Shown here: piece by piece, positions 50,357 to 62,181 of the stretch
How positions within the stretch are numbered: position 1 is the first letter of the stretch
Layout of the letters: each line of letters opens with the position of its first letter
NCBI GenBank assembly: GCA_039096225.1
Contig: JBBPEB010000020.1
Coordinates: 468,123-532,122, forward strand
Length of the DNA stretch: 64,000 nucleotides
Direction of reading: 5' to 3'
From: Blastocystis sp. Blastoise
Lineage: Eukaryota; Protista; Bigyra: Opalinata
The notes under the pieces: model-generated
The model's database searches: none
What the model was told of the DNA's origin: nothing
Seen by the model: only the letters and a program-made list of their open reading frames with translations
Translations under genes and position numbers: made by a program

Positions 50357-51580
50357 ATGGAAGGATTCCCAAGACAATTCTTACCTTCAAAGGCAAATCA
50401 AACTATTAAACCTGTACAAATTCCTATTCTAGTTTCTACTAGTCAAGATTTATTAAATCAACCTTATCCATTTGAATTCTTATATAATTCAGTGGATAGT
50501 CCTTTTATTGATTTCAGCAATTCATTCTTAGAACTGAATTTCAATATTACAACAAATGCAGCTACAACTAGTTCTGTTGTACAACATTCTAATATCTATA
50601 GTATTATTGATAAAATTACTACAGATCTTACGTTTGTATCTCCTACGGGTCAAGATATTCTTATTAATTATTCTGAATCTTCTATTGAATCCAGTAAAGC
50701 AAGAAAATTTGTTACTATTAAAGAATTAAGTAAAGATGAAATTGATAAATCTATGTATAGTATGACAGAATGCTTATATAATACAACCTTAAGCAGTATT
50801 TCTGGAATGCAAAGTTCTACTAAAGCTCAAGTTATTATTCCTTTATCTCTTATTACTGGTCTTGGTACATTTGATTGTGCTATTAAAGTAAAATCTTTGA
50901 AGATGCAATTCGTTACAAATTATTTAAAGAATCTATTTACAGGTACGACTAAAATCACTGCATTAACATTTGATCGTGTTTATATTCATCTTCAACAAAT
51001 TTATGATATTAATTTTGGTAATGATCCACGTGCTTTAATTAAATGTATTCCTAATAATTGTCAAATATCTGCATTTACTACACCTGTTTATTCACAAACA
51101 TTCACAACAGCAGGTAAACCAACTCCACAACAATTCTTATCCAATAGAAGTGTTGTTTTCGTACCTGATTACTGTATGCTATATTTTACAACTCAAGAGA
51201 AGAGTATGATTCCTATTAAGACTGAATTATTGAAGATGTGTCAATTCCAAATTGGTGGTCAAAATATCTTACCAAAGACGGATTTCCCTACTACGTATAA
51301 AACAACGAATCCATCACAAATTATTCCTAATGCTATGCTTTATAATACTTGGAGATGTAATAGTCATCCTCAATCTCCTTTAAACGGTGAAAAGTGGTAT
51401 GAACAACCTATTTATATATTCCCTATTTCAAGTGTTGTTGATGTCAATACTCGTAGTGGTTGTGAAGTTAATATCTCCTTATTAACTGAATATAATGGTG
51501 CAAATATTACTAGTGGTACTTATACTTTATATGCTCATTTTATATTTGTTAAATTTGTTAGAGATGGTGCAACCAATTAA
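50357..51580 (+). CDS. Putative double jelly-roll major capsid protein, paralog 2
   Basis: FIDFSNSFLEL, IPLSLITGL, FVPDYCMLYF; colinear with paralog 1. Confidence 0.72.
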   Translation: MEGFPRQFLPSKANQTIKPVQIPILVSTSQDLLNQPYPFEFLYNSVDSPFIDFSNSFLELNFNITTNAATTSSVVQHSNIYSIIDKITTDLTFVSPTGQDILINYSESSIESSKARKFVTIKELSKDEIDKSMYSMTECLYNTTLSSISGMQSSTKAQVIIPLSLITGLGTFDCAIKVKSLKMQFVTNYLKNLFTGTTKITALTFDRVYIHLQQIYDINFGNDPRALIKCIPNNCQISAFTTPVYSQTFTTAGKPTPQQFLSNRSVVFVPDYCMLYFTTQEKSMIPIKTELLKMCQFQIGGQNILPKTDFPTTYKTTNPSQIIPNAMLYNTWRCNSHPQSPLNGEKWYEQPIYIFPISSVVDVNTRSGCEVNISLLTEYNGANITSGTYTLYAHFIFVKFVRDGATN

Positions 51581-51676
51581 TTTAATTATATAATATTTTC
51601 TTATTTGTATCAACTTTATATTAATCTTAAAAATATTGTTTTGTTTATCAATACATAATTAATTTATTTAATAAAA

Positions 51677-52348
51677 ATGACATCAATATCTCATCTAAGT
51701 AAAATTACAAGTCAAATCTGTCATGAACAATTCAATTATACTTTGGATTTAGTAGGTAAAAATATAACTCATATCAATACATTAGTGAATACAAGTGATA
51801 TCATTAATATTCCAGAATTCAATATTAAGATTTATAATAGTGATGGTAGATATACATTTCCAGCTGGAAATTATACTTTAGAAGATTTTTTAGATCAATT
51901 ATATGAAATTGGAAAAAAATTGAAATCCTATGTTGAAGGAGAACCTTATGGTTTCAGCTATAATAAAGAAACTAAAACTTTTAAATCAAATCATTGGTTT
52001 GAATGTGGTCTTAGTTCTGGACTATTTAAATACTTAGGCATTAAATCATCATACTTTTCACCGGGTGATACAATCGTATTTACTGATGAATATATATCCA
52101 ATAATATTTCATGGTATAAGATCTATATGTTACGTGTGTATTGTGATATTATTAATAAAGATAATGATTTGATTTCTATTCCTTTATATGCTAAACAAGG
52201 ATTTGATAATACATTTGCTTTAAGTGATTTATCTATTCCATGTATTGATGGTAAATATACAGATATCCAATGGGAAGTATATGATCAATTAAATAATCCA
52301 ATTGATTTATCAAATACAAATCTTTATATATACTTTACTGCATCTTAA
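51677..52348 (+). CDS. Minor capsid protein (penton, single jelly roll)
   Basis: FPAGNYT, LRVYCDII and IQWEVYDQLNNPIDL motifs of the Polinton/PLV penton type; lies between capsid and ATPase. Confidence 0.75.
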   Translation: MTSISHLSKITSQICHEQFNYTLDLVGKNITHINTLVNTSDIINIPEFNIKIYNSDGRYTFPAGNYTLEDFLDQLYEIGKKLKSYVEGEPYGFSYNKETKTFKSNHWFECGLSSGLFKYLGIKSSYFSPGDTIVFTDEYISNNISWYKIYMLRVYCDIINKDNDLISIPLYAKQGFDNTFALSDLSIPCIDGKYTDIQWEVYDQLNNPIDLSNTNLYIYFTAS

Positions 52349-52417
52349 TAAAATCATATATTTATCTTTAACTTATCATTAATTATTTTTTGTTTTGTTG
52401 ATTAAAATCATATAAAA

Positions 52418-53455
52418 ATGGTGAATAAAATAAATCCATTAAAAGAAACACGTAAAGGATGTGGAGTCTTAGAATTCAAATATGGAAAATCACATCATAA
52501 AACATATGAATCAAAATTTATATTGATTATTGCAAGAACATTCTCAGGTAAATCTTTCTTAACTGTGAACCTCTTATGTTCTATGGATCTTAAAAATAAA
52601 TATAAACAAGTCACAGTAATTTGTCCTGATGCATCCAATAAGAATGAATGTTATACATCCTTTCAAGATATTTGTGAGCATGCTGGAATTGATTATAAAT
52701 GGTATGATTCTGTAGATGATAAATTTAAAAAGATTAAAACTGTTGATGAATTAGTCAATACATATAAATTACCAGAACATAATTTTATTGTATTGGATGA
52801 TATCTATCCATTATCTAGACAAACCAAACAATTGATTGTATCTATATTATCTAAAGGTCGTCATTATAAACAGAATGCTATTATATGTCTTCAAAGTCAT
52901 ACAGATGTTACCAATCAATCTATATTAAGTCAAGTATCTCATTTCTTTATTAATAGTCAAATCTTAAAACGTGATCCTGGATTCTTACCAGATAAATTAA
53001 AGATTATGCCATCAAATTTAAATGAAATTCTTACAGATGAAGAATTAATGAATGATCCACATCAATTCTTTATGTTAAAACAAGGTAGTGATGATTTAAC
53101 GATATGGACAAATCCTGATTGTGGTAGTAAACAGAATGTCTATAAGATGGTAAAGAAAAGGAAATGGACAGAAGAAGATAGTGAAAAAGAGAAACGAGAA
53201 GAACAAGGTGAAGTATCAGGTAGTGGTATTAAACGTCCTAATGAACATATATCTACATATGAAAAGAAAATGAAGAAGTTTTTACCTGTTGAAGAAGAAG
53301 TCTCATTGAAAGGTATTGAACGAGATGAAAAAGATAAACCTAAAGAATCCATCTTACAAATCATACAAGATCAAATCATACAAGATAGTCAACGACGCAT
53401 TTTCAATCCTTATTTAAATAAAAAACATTATTCTGGTTATCCTTCTTTTCATTAA
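52418..53455 (+). CDS. A32-like (FtsK/HerA) genome-packaging ATPase with a charged C-terminal extension
   Basis: Walker A ARTFSGKS, Walker B FIVLDD, KGRHY arginine motif, ICLQS. Confidence 0.92.
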   Translation: MVNKINPLKETRKGCGVLEFKYGKSHHKTYESKFILIIARTFSGKSFLTVNLLCSMDLKNKYKQVTVICPDASNKNECYTSFQDICEHAGIDYKWYDSVDDKFKKIKTVDELVNTYKLPEHNFIVLDDIYPLSRQTKQLIVSILSKGRHYKQNAIICLQSHTDVTNQSILSQVSHFFINSQILKRDPGFLPDKLKIMPSNLNEILTDEELMNDPHQFFMLKQGSDDLTIWTNPDCGSKQNVYKMVKKRKWTEEDSEKEKREEQGEVSGSGIKRPNEHISTYEKKMKKFLPVEEEVSLKGIERDEKDKPKESILQIIQDQIIQDSQRRIFNPYLNKKHYSGYPSFH

Positions 53456-53508
53456 TTTTTTTATATTTTAATTTGTTAAATAAACCATAATTATTTTATT
53501 GTTTTGTT

Positions 53509-54546
53509 ATGAGTTCAATTACAAAAAGATATTTAAAACAAAATTGTGATCCACGATTATTTGGAGGATCACCACCAAAATCAAATAGACGTGATCTTTA
53601 TCATAAACGTTATGTAAGATATGGAGGAACTGGATTTGAAGAAATTGTTAGACAACAAGCTAAAGATGCTGATTGGGCTGATTTTAAAAATGGTGTCTAT
53701 ACTGCATTACCTATTTTAGGTACATTAGGAGCATTTGCTGGATATAATTATTATCAGAAACGTAAAGAACAAAAACGTCAAGAAAAAGCAAAAGAAGAAA
53801 AGAAAAGACAATTTGAAGAACATATTGAAGATGCTAATAGAGATGATGAATTATATAACGATGATGATACTTATCAACCAAAGAGAATAACAAGAAAAAT
53901 GATGGCTGATGATGATAAAGATTATAATAATGCAAATCTTGAAGATGAAAATTATGATGATATATTTGGTCAAGGTATACATAGAAGGCATCAGAAACAT
54001 CGTAAAGAACATGGGAGTCACCGAGAAAAAGAAAAGAAAACAAGTAAATTCGTAACTCCTCAAATAAGAATTATTGCTAAGAAGGCTATTCGTTCTAGTA
54101 ATGTAAAGTCTAATAAGAAGAAATTACAAGATATAAAAGAACGATTACCTAAAAATGATGAGCATGTGTCTGTACGTGATATTGTTAATGTCGTTATCGA
54201 TAAAGAATATCCTATGGATCCAAAACAAAAGCATTCTATTATTGCGAATACTGCTATTAAAACTATTAAAACGATTGTTCCTATTGTAGTGAATGCATTA
54301 AAATACTATTATCCTTCTCTTGGTATCCCTATTGATTTCGCTTATAATATGATTACTACTGATGATGATAAGAAACGTAAAGAAACTGCTGATAACTACT
54401 TTAAAAATCCTAGTGGAAGTGGTGTTACAAAAGAGAATGCTGAACGTTGTGGTGGTGCTCTTGTCAACTCTACATCCTTTGATACTACTACTAATTTAAT
54501 TATTAATCTTGTTCAATTCTTCTTAAAAAAATTCCATTTAAATTAA
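53509..54546 (+). CDS. Putative virion protein (345 aa) with GG/GxG motifs and a hydrophobic segment
   Basis: LFGG, YGG, GQG, GSG, CGG; hydrophobic ALPILGTLGAFAGY; alternating acidic and basic tracts. Confidence 0.65.
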   Translation: MSSITKRYLKQNCDPRLFGGSPPKSNRRDLYHKRYVRYGGTGFEEIVRQQAKDADWADFKNGVYTALPILGTLGAFAGYNYYQKRKEQKRQEKAKEEKKRQFEEHIEDANRDDELYNDDDTYQPKRITRKMMADDDKDYNNANLEDENYDDIFGQGIHRRHQKHRKEHGSHREKEKKTSKFVTPQIRIIAKKAIRSSNVKSNKKKLQDIKERLPKNDEHVSVRDIVNVVIDKEYPMDPKQKHSIIANTAIKTIKTIVPIVVNALKYYYPSLGIPIDFAYNMITTDDDKKRKETADNYFKNPSGSGVTKENAERCGGALVNSTSFDTTTNLIINLVQFFLKKFHLN

Positions 54547-54622
54547 TTATTTTAACTTTTATTATTTCATAATTAATTATTTGTTTTGTTATATAATTAT
54601 TTTTAAATTAATACAATAAATA

Positions 54623-55420
54623 ATGCAAAGTAATTTAGGAGATAGTGTAACTCTCTATGATATTTTATCAAGAAATCAGAAAAAACAATCTTGGGATCCA
54701 TGGTTACCCAATTCATATATTTGTCAAGATGAACAACCTGTACAACCATTAGCACATGATCCTAATGCACAAGGATCTATGTATAGTTCAATGGCAGTTC
54801 AAGCATTAAGAAATCATGGTCAATCACCTGAAGATATGTTTATAGCTACTATGAATTCAGCTAAAGCTAATGGTGATACAAATAGATATACATCCATGTT
54901 ATCTCAATGGCAAACGAATTATGGTATTCCTACTACAAGTAAGATATGGTATGATGCTAGTAATCCTAATAACTATCAATATGAAAAACTTATTCATACT
55001 GTAAGAAATCCTAATGAAGACTATACAGTGAAACCACAACCAGAATCCATGAATTCTAATTTCACTGAAGAACAACCCAAACCAGAACCTGAAAAGAAAC
55101 CTGAACACGAAAAGAAACCAGCTAAAGAACCTGAAACTAAACCTGAAACTGAAAAGAAACCAGATAAAGAAGATGATAATACTCCAAAGAAATTTGAATT
55201 CGATATGAATTTACAACAAGATACCGACGAAAAAACATATTATAACGCCACTTATGGAAAGTATAAATTCAAATGGTATACTGATGGATCTATTGAATGC
55301 ACCAATAGTGAAGATTTCGGAAATAATAATATATTCTACAAAAATAAAACATTATTTGTTGAAACTGATGATAAATCAATGGATATTGACGATTATTTAA
55401 AAAATACTCATAATAATTAA
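54623..55420 (+). CDS. Viral hypothetical protein (265 aa, PE/KK repeat linker)
   Basis: ATG-initiated ORF followed by the TGTTTTGTT signal. Confidence 0.75.
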   Translation: MQSNLGDSVTLYDILSRNQKKQSWDPWLPNSYICQDEQPVQPLAHDPNAQGSMYSSMAVQALRNHGQSPEDMFIATMNSAKANGDTNRYTSMLSQWQTNYGIPTTSKIWYDASNPNNYQYEKLIHTVRNPNEDYTVKPQPESMNSNFTEEQPKPEPEKKPEHEKKPAKEPETKPETEKKPDKEDDNTPKKFEFDMNLQQDTDEKTYYNATYGKYKFKWYTDGSIECTNSEDFGNNNIFYKNKTLFVETDDKSMDIDDYLKNTHNN

Positions 55421-55510
55421 TGATACTATTAATATACTAACTATATAATATAAATAATTTCTTTTTTTTTTGTTTTGTTTTAAAATTCATAATTATTTTA
55501 TTAATTTAAA

Positions 55511-56995
55511 ATGATACAAAGTGCTCGTTTAAATGTTTCAAATAAAGGATTAGTAGGCGTAAATCATCGTGCTACTGGTCATGAATATCGAAATTATATT
55601 GTTCCAGGATCTATTCCTGATGGAGAAGAACGTTATCCAATTAATTATTCTATTGCTCCAAATTCATTATATGCTGTTAAGAAAATTGAAAGTAATATGG
55701 TCAATAGAGCAACATCCAATCCATTTTTCTCCTATTTATCAGAAACCAGACAAGATATTATACAAAGTTCCTTAGAAGAATCAGAAGAAAGTGAACCAAT
55801 AGATGAAGGATCTGGGTTATTACCTGATGGTAGAATTCCGAAGAATTTCACAAGAAAACTCATTTATGCTCATGATTATGTCTTACCTTATATGAAACAA
55901 AATCATATGTCTGATTATGCTAAATATTCTAGATTATTAAATCCTCGTACAATTGATAGTGCTATTGATTTTACTAGAAGAGATCGTGATGGTTATTTAT
56001 ATTCTAGAGGTGGTAATTTATTTTCTAATATTTATCACACTGTAAGTGATGTATACAATGTGTCTGATAAATTAACTGGAGGTATTAATAATATCACTCA
56101 TGGAATAAGTAATGCTGTTGATTATGGTGCAAATAAATTTAAAGATCTCAAGAATTGGTGGAGAGATATTAATGTTGATCCAAAAGAAGGATTCAATGAT
56201 ATTAAAGGAAAACTTGTAAGTGATAGAAATAATTTATATGATAATTGGAAATTAACTGATGATAATGAAGCTAAGAAAAAGAATAAAATATTAGCTGATA
56301 ACTATTTTAGATTTGCTCATATGTCAGGTAATGATACTAAAGAACAAAGACTTAACAAAACTAAATCTTTAGAAGATCAAGCAAAAACATTTCATAAAAA
56401 TTATATTCCCTATGCAGAAAACCCTACATTTGTTAATAAAGTTGTTAATACTGCAACAAATGTAGGAACACCAATTGTTAATGGTGTTAAAAAAGTTGCA
56501 AACTCTATTGTTAGTGGTACAAAGAACGTATTTAATAGTTTTTCTGATTGGTGGTATGGTAAAAATCCAGATGAAGAAATACCACAAACAGAAAATCCAA
56601 TAGAAACAAATAATAATGTTATACCAACTTCTTCATCTACTCCTGATACTCTAACACAAGAAAATATTCATAATATTACTATAGAAGATTCAAATCCTCC
56701 AAATTTAATTCCTCTTATGAATGATCCTACTGTTCCTTTACCTGATACTGTTCCAATGTCTCAAGCAATCACGAATAATTTCACTCCAAATATTACACCT
56801 GTAGCACCTATTTCTAATCCAGTAGAAAATGTCACTCTTGAAAATAAAAGAAATAAAAAAGAAGATGATGAATTTCAATCATTTGATGAAGATGATGGTG
56901 AGGTATTTTATGATCTCGAAGAAGGTAATGGATTACGTAGAAAAAGACGTATTTCAAAAAATAAAAAATTAAGAAATAAACGTAGAAAACATTAG
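55511..56995 (+). CDS. Putative virion core precursor (494 aa) with a very basic C-terminal tail
   Basis: N-terminus paralogous to 22420-24066; EGSG, SRGG and EGNG motifs; C-terminal LRRKRRISKNKKLRNKRRKH. Confidence 0.7.
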   Translation: MIQSARLNVSNKGLVGVNHRATGHEYRNYIVPGSIPDGEERYPINYSIAPNSLYAVKKIESNMVNRATSNPFFSYLSETRQDIIQSSLEESEESEPIDEGSGLLPDGRIPKNFTRKLIYAHDYVLPYMKQNHMSDYAKYSRLLNPRTIDSAIDFTRRDRDGYLYSRGGNLFSNIYHTVSDVYNVSDKLTGGINNITHGISNAVDYGANKFKDLKNWWRDINVDPKEGFNDIKGKLVSDRNNLYDNWKLTDDNEAKKKNKILADNYFRFAHMSGNDTKEQRLNKTKSLEDQAKTFHKNYIPYAENPTFVNKVVNTATNVGTPIVNGVKKVANSIVSGTKNVFNSFSDWWYGKNPDEEIPQTENPIETNNNVIPTSSSTPDTLTQENIHNITIEDSNPPNLIPLMNDPTVPLPDTVPMSQAITNNFTPNITPVAPISNPVENVTLENKRNKKEDDEFQSFDEDDGEVFYDLEEGNGLRRKRRISKNKKLRNKRRKH

Positions 56996-57069
56996 TTAAT
57001 TTTAATTTGTTTTATTTATTATTATTTTTAAAAACTAAACAATTTGTTTTGTTATTTATAAAAATTAAT

Positions 57070-57237
57070 TTAAAAATCAATAAAATTTTTTATATAATCT
57101 TCATAATCATCCTCACTTTCAGTTTGAATAGTATCCATTTCAGAATCACTATCACTTAATTCATCAACTTCAAAATTTCCATAAGGTTTCCAATTACCTT
57201 CTTTATAATCTGGAGCAAATTGCTTTGGAGAATCCAT
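57070..57237 (-). CDS. Small acidic viral protein (55 aa), not in the ORF track
   Basis: Manual translation MDSPKQFAPDYKEGNWKPYGNFEVDELSDSDSEMDTIQTESEDDYEDYIKNFIDF*; starts 48 bp inside the right TIR array. Confidence 0.65.
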   Translation of the reverse strand: MDSPKQFAPDYKEGNWKPYGNFEVDELSDSDSEMDTIQTESEDDYEDYIKNFIDF

Positions 57238-57284
57238 AATAAATAGTATAAAAATAGAAAAAAAACGAATAATACAATTTGTTA

Positions 57285-57322
57285 TTCTAGAAGTTTCGAG
57301 AATGTTCTAGAATGTTCTAGAA
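57285..57322. promoter_or_regulatory. HSE-like array (8 units) at the inner edge of the right TIR
   Basis: TTCtaGAAgtTTCgaGAAtgTTCtaGAAtgTTCtaGAA. Confidence 0.72.
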
Positions 57323-58180
57323 AATTGATATACATCCCGCCACCTAAAACCACTGGAACACAATTAGTTTCCCCAGTTTCCCCAATATAATTGTGTTTTT
57401 GTGTTCCAAAATCCCTCATTTTTACAATTTTAAGCAATTTGATTGGACAATTCACGATGACGCATCCTATTTCCATAACGGTCACCCTTGTTTCCAAAAG
57501 TCTCTCGTTATAGTCGTGGTGGTGGGTACATCTTTTTACAAGACCACACCACCACCAGCTTTTCTTTCACCCACTATAAATACATACCTTGATCACTTTA
57601 CTCTTTTTTATATAAATTTTTTATGATTATCATGACTTTTTATATTATTTATTGATCACTATACATACATTTTTATTTTTATATATTCCCGTGATTATTT
57701 TTATTATTTCTTTTTAGATAGAACCATCCATTTCATCTTTTCTCTATATAAAGGGAGGGTCGGGGTGTGTGTTTATTTAGCACATTCTGTGCTTCTTTTC
57801 GTATTTCTTTCTGTATTCCCGTGATTATTTTACTCACTTTACCAACGATGGAGTCATTTTCCATGAATATTCCCTGTAAAGGGGAGGGTGTGAGTGTATA
57901 TTTTATTTCTTTTATGATTACTATGAGTTTCTCCTTGATCACTTTACGTTTCACGTTGGAATCGGAACACAAATAAATTAAAAATAAATAAACATGGGAA
58001 AAAATAAATACACACACACACTACCCTACACTCCCATGGTTATTTTACTTCAGAAATGTTATTAATTCTTCCGTCGAGAACAAAAAGGGGGGATGACTTC
58101 CCCGCTTATGGCTGCGCGCGTCGCGCAGACTCTATGCGGGGTTTGCATACCCCCTTCTGCAGTTCGAAGAACGGAAGAAT
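57285..58180 (-). repeat. Right terminal inverted repeat of the PLV (896 bp)
   Basis: Reverse complement of 19132-20027. Confidence 0.97.
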
Positions 58181-59714
58181 AAAAATTACCAAATTTCTCC
58201 GTGCCTGCTAGTGTCAGTTTGACTTTTGTCGTTATTTAAAGGAATTATTGTTGTTTTATAATAGTTGAGGTCGTATTCATTACATATAAAATGTTTTTAG
58301 AGTTTATAGTTAGTGATCTGTGTATTGATATGTTGTCAAGTTCTTAATATAAACAAATTTACCCGTCAAAACTATTCATTAGACTAACTCGTCAATAAAA
58401 GTTAATTTTATAAAAATAAATATAAAGAATGTAAGTAGATATAGGAAAAATAAGAAAACAATAAAAAATGAAAATGGAAAAATAAGTGTTTTTATAAAAA
58501 TGAAAAATATTGGATAAGATAAAAATAATCCAATAATTTTGGTTAAAATTTTGTGCGAAAATGGTTTTTTGCGATTTTTAGCCAGAAATTTAGAGTTTTC
58601 GAAAAATTTCTTTAACAGTCATTTTTAGAATTGTGTTCCGGTTTTTATGATGTTATTTTTATTTTATAAAAGTTAATAACAAAGTCAATAAAGGTGAAAG
58701 TGTGTGAGACACCGTACTTTTGGGCTGCTAAATTAAGGATATTAATATTATTATTTATTGTCTTTAGTTATATTTATTTTATATTATTATTCACACAACG
58801 ATAAATAAATAAAAAATGACGTTTCTAAAAGAATTCTGAACGAATGAAAACAAACAACATACCCGACAAAAATAACCTATTTTTTGGCCACTCTATTCGC
58901 TATGACTGAAAATATCTGAATCAATCTGAACCGTTCAAAGCTTATGGATCAAACTTTTTAATTCACGGGAATGCCTGACAGTGAATGAGAATATTTTTAA
59001 ATATTTCTTTTATTGTAAGATTTTATTCTTAACATCCTTTATACCTTGTCAAAATCAGTCACTATACAAAAATTTAAACTCATATAACAACTTTTGAAGA
59101 CCAAGAGAATACTGAAATTAAATATATATTTGTAATTATGCAGTTATTAGTACTTCATTATAAGTGATTAATATAAATATTTATATGAAATCCGTTAAGT
59201 ACATGCTTACGGCCTAATTCTTAGAATTTCTTCTAAAATTCATTTAATAGAGTGAGATTCAAAATAATATTGGCTTTTACATATATTACAGACATTCGTC
59301 TATATTTTCTCAAAAGGAGAGGAGATATTGTTCTGTGTCAAGTAAATGTCGAAAATGTAAAATGTTGTTAAAAATTTACAAATTTACATATATTGCGTTT
59401 AATTAGCTACGCTAATTATACTGACAAGAAATCAGCTTATAATAGCAAGCTTAAGTGTTTAAAATCTTGATAATTGCTAAATAATTTTCTGTATTTGGCT
59501 CATTTTGATAATGAAATGATTATTCTCAGTTTTTATATTATAGTTGACTCAAAACTAACATAAATTCATTAACCTACACTATTGAGAATACATCAGATTA
59601 CAACTCATATCAGGTACTGTTCGCTTTTAAAGCATGAAAAACTATAAAAAAAATAATACAGATTTTCATGAGTGTGAATAGAACTTTTAAACAGATTTTT
59701 ATTAAATAAAACAT

Positions 59715-59716
<2 letters not shown>

Positions 59717-59793
<77 letters not shown>
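59717..59793. repeat. (TA)n microsatellite
   Basis: Direct reading. Confidence 0.95.
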
Positions 59794-59796
<3 letters not shown>

Positions 59797-59797
59797 G

Positions 59798-59863
59798 CTT
59801 ATGTCAGGAGTTGAACCTGATGGCCATGTAATTATTAAAGCCTCTCACCTTATAGAGCATAAG
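59798..59863 (-). ncRNA. tRNA-like element, atypical or degenerate
   Basis: Terminal stem CTTATG/CATAAG, T-arm TCAGG-TTCAACT-CCTGA, D-like stem CTCT/AGAG; no clean anticodon arm. Confidence 0.4.
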
Positions 59864-60689
59864 AGTTATAACAGTATTAATATATATATATATATATATA
59901 GAAGCATATATTATATATGAATGAATATTAATATGATATATATGTATATTTATAAAGAAAAAATTATTCAACTAAATATTAATTAATGTAGGAATAAGAA
60001 TCATGTAAATAGATATAAATTACTAAAATAGTAATCAATAATATAAAAAAAAAATAAATCTTTTTATTAATAAAAACAGAAAATATATAATATAATAATA
60101 TATTTAATAGATAGAAATTAGTTAAATATGAAAAAGAAGTCTATATATGACAAATATAAAAAAAAATAAAAGACAGAAACTAAGTATTAAAAAATGAAGA
60201 AAGGAGGATGAAGCTAACTAAAAGGATATAGAGTAAGAAAAAAAATATAAAGAAGAATTAAAAGAAAATGAAATAATACTAGAAAATATTAGAAGAATTA
60301 AAAAAGAAGGACAACAAAAAGTACTATATAATAGAATAATTAGAAAAGAAGATGTAGAAAGAAATTAGAAGAATAGTCAAGGAAAATAAAGTATGAGGAG
60401 AGTATACATAGGAAGTACAATAGAGTGGAGACATCTAAAAGAAAAGAAATAACTATTCAAAAGAAATAGAGTAGGAATATAAAATATATATATATATAAG
60501 AATGAATTGCAAATGATACTATATGTTATAATAGAGTAAAATATTGAGATTAGATAAAATGACGATAATATGAAGGGAAAGGAGTAGAAGATTTAGAAAG
60601 CAGAAAAATAGGAAGAAGAATAAGAAGATTGAACAGAAAAACATAGAAAGAAGGAGATTGAGAAGAAAAAGAATGAGGTAATAAGAATA

Positions 60690-61900
60690 AAAATGAGATT
60701 GAGAAAGAAGAAGAAGAAGAAGAAGAAGAAGAAAGAGAAAGAGAAGGAGAAGTAGAAGGAGAAGGAGAAGTAGAAGTAGAAGGAGAAGTAGAAGGAGAAG
60801 GAGAAGTAGAAGTAGAAGGAGAAGTAGAAGGAGAAGTAGAAGTAGAAGTAGAAGGAGAAGTAGAAGGAGAAGGAGAAGTAGAAAAAGAGAAAGAGAAGGA
60901 GAAGGAGAAGGAGAAGGAGAAGTAGAAGTAGAAGAAGAAGGAGAAGGAGAAAAAGATGAATAGAAGAAGAAGAAGGATATCAATGAAGAGAAGGAGATTG
61001 AGAAGGAGAACAAGGAAAAGAACGAAAAAAAAAAAAGAATATATCAAAAAAGAAGAATATATATATAAAGAAGAAGAATAAAGAGAATAATTATATATAG
61101 ACGAAGAATAAGATAAACAGAAGATATAGAAAAGAAGGAGAAGGAAGAGAAAAGAAGAAGTACAATAGAAAAATATGTTGGAAAATAATGATAAATAGAA
61201 GATATAGAAGAAGAAGTAGAAGCAGAAAATATAGAAGAAAGATATATAAACGATGATAGAGAAGAATAAGTAGAATATATATATAGAAGAAGAAAAAAGG
61301 TGAAGAATGATAAATAGAAGACATAGAAGAAGAATAAGAAGATAAAGGAGGTACATAAGATATAGGAGGAGAATGATATGGAGAAAATGTAGAATAAGAA
61401 TAAGGATAAATAGAAGAGAAAATACAGATGAAGGAGATAGAGAGAAAAAGAATATATAGAGAAGAATGTATAGAAAGAGAAGAAGAAGAGAAGAAGAAAA
61501 ATAAGATCAAATAGAAGAAGAAGAAACAGAAGGAGAGAGAAAGAAGGTGATTCAGAATTAAAATAAATAGAAGAAGGATAAATAGAAGAAGGATAAATAG
61601 ATGAAGAAGAACGAGAAGGGAATGAACAAAGGGACAGAGAATAAGGATATATAGAAGAAGAAGGAAAATAGAAATAATGTGTAGATGAATAATTAAAATG
61701 AATAAGAAATAAGGAAAGTATAATTGGAAGAAGATGAGAAAAAGAAGTAATAATATAGAAGGAAATAAAGAAGAAGAATAGGAAAAGGAAGAGTTGAAGG
61801 AAATGAAAAAGAAGAAGATCATGATAAAGAGAAGGAAATGAAGAGAGTATGTAATGATAGGAGAAGAAGAACCAGTAATAATTATGGAGGAAAGAAGAAA
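60690..61900. repeat. Purine-rich low-complexity region with GAA / GAAGGA / GAAGTA repeats
   Basis: Strong A/G skew on the + strand; hexamer tandem core at 60700-60950. Confidence 0.85.
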
Positions 61901-62123
61901 GTGAAGGAAAAACTAGAATATAGAATAGAAGAACATGAAATAAAACATACTATAAAGTAATATTAAGAAAAACAATAACTGTATTATGTAACATAAGAGT
62001 ATAAGAATAAAAATGAGTAAAAACTAGAGAGTAGATGAATGGAAGAGAGAAGAGGAGAACAAGGCCAATTCAGGACAAGAGGAGAAAATAAGAATGAAGA
62101 AAAACAAATATATAAAAGTTTTG

Positions 62124-62181
<58 letters not shown>

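Noticed and set aside
60519-61822. Long hydrophobic F/L/S-rich minus-strand ORFs
   Set aside because: Artefacts of purine/pyrimidine skew; open in several frames with no domain signal
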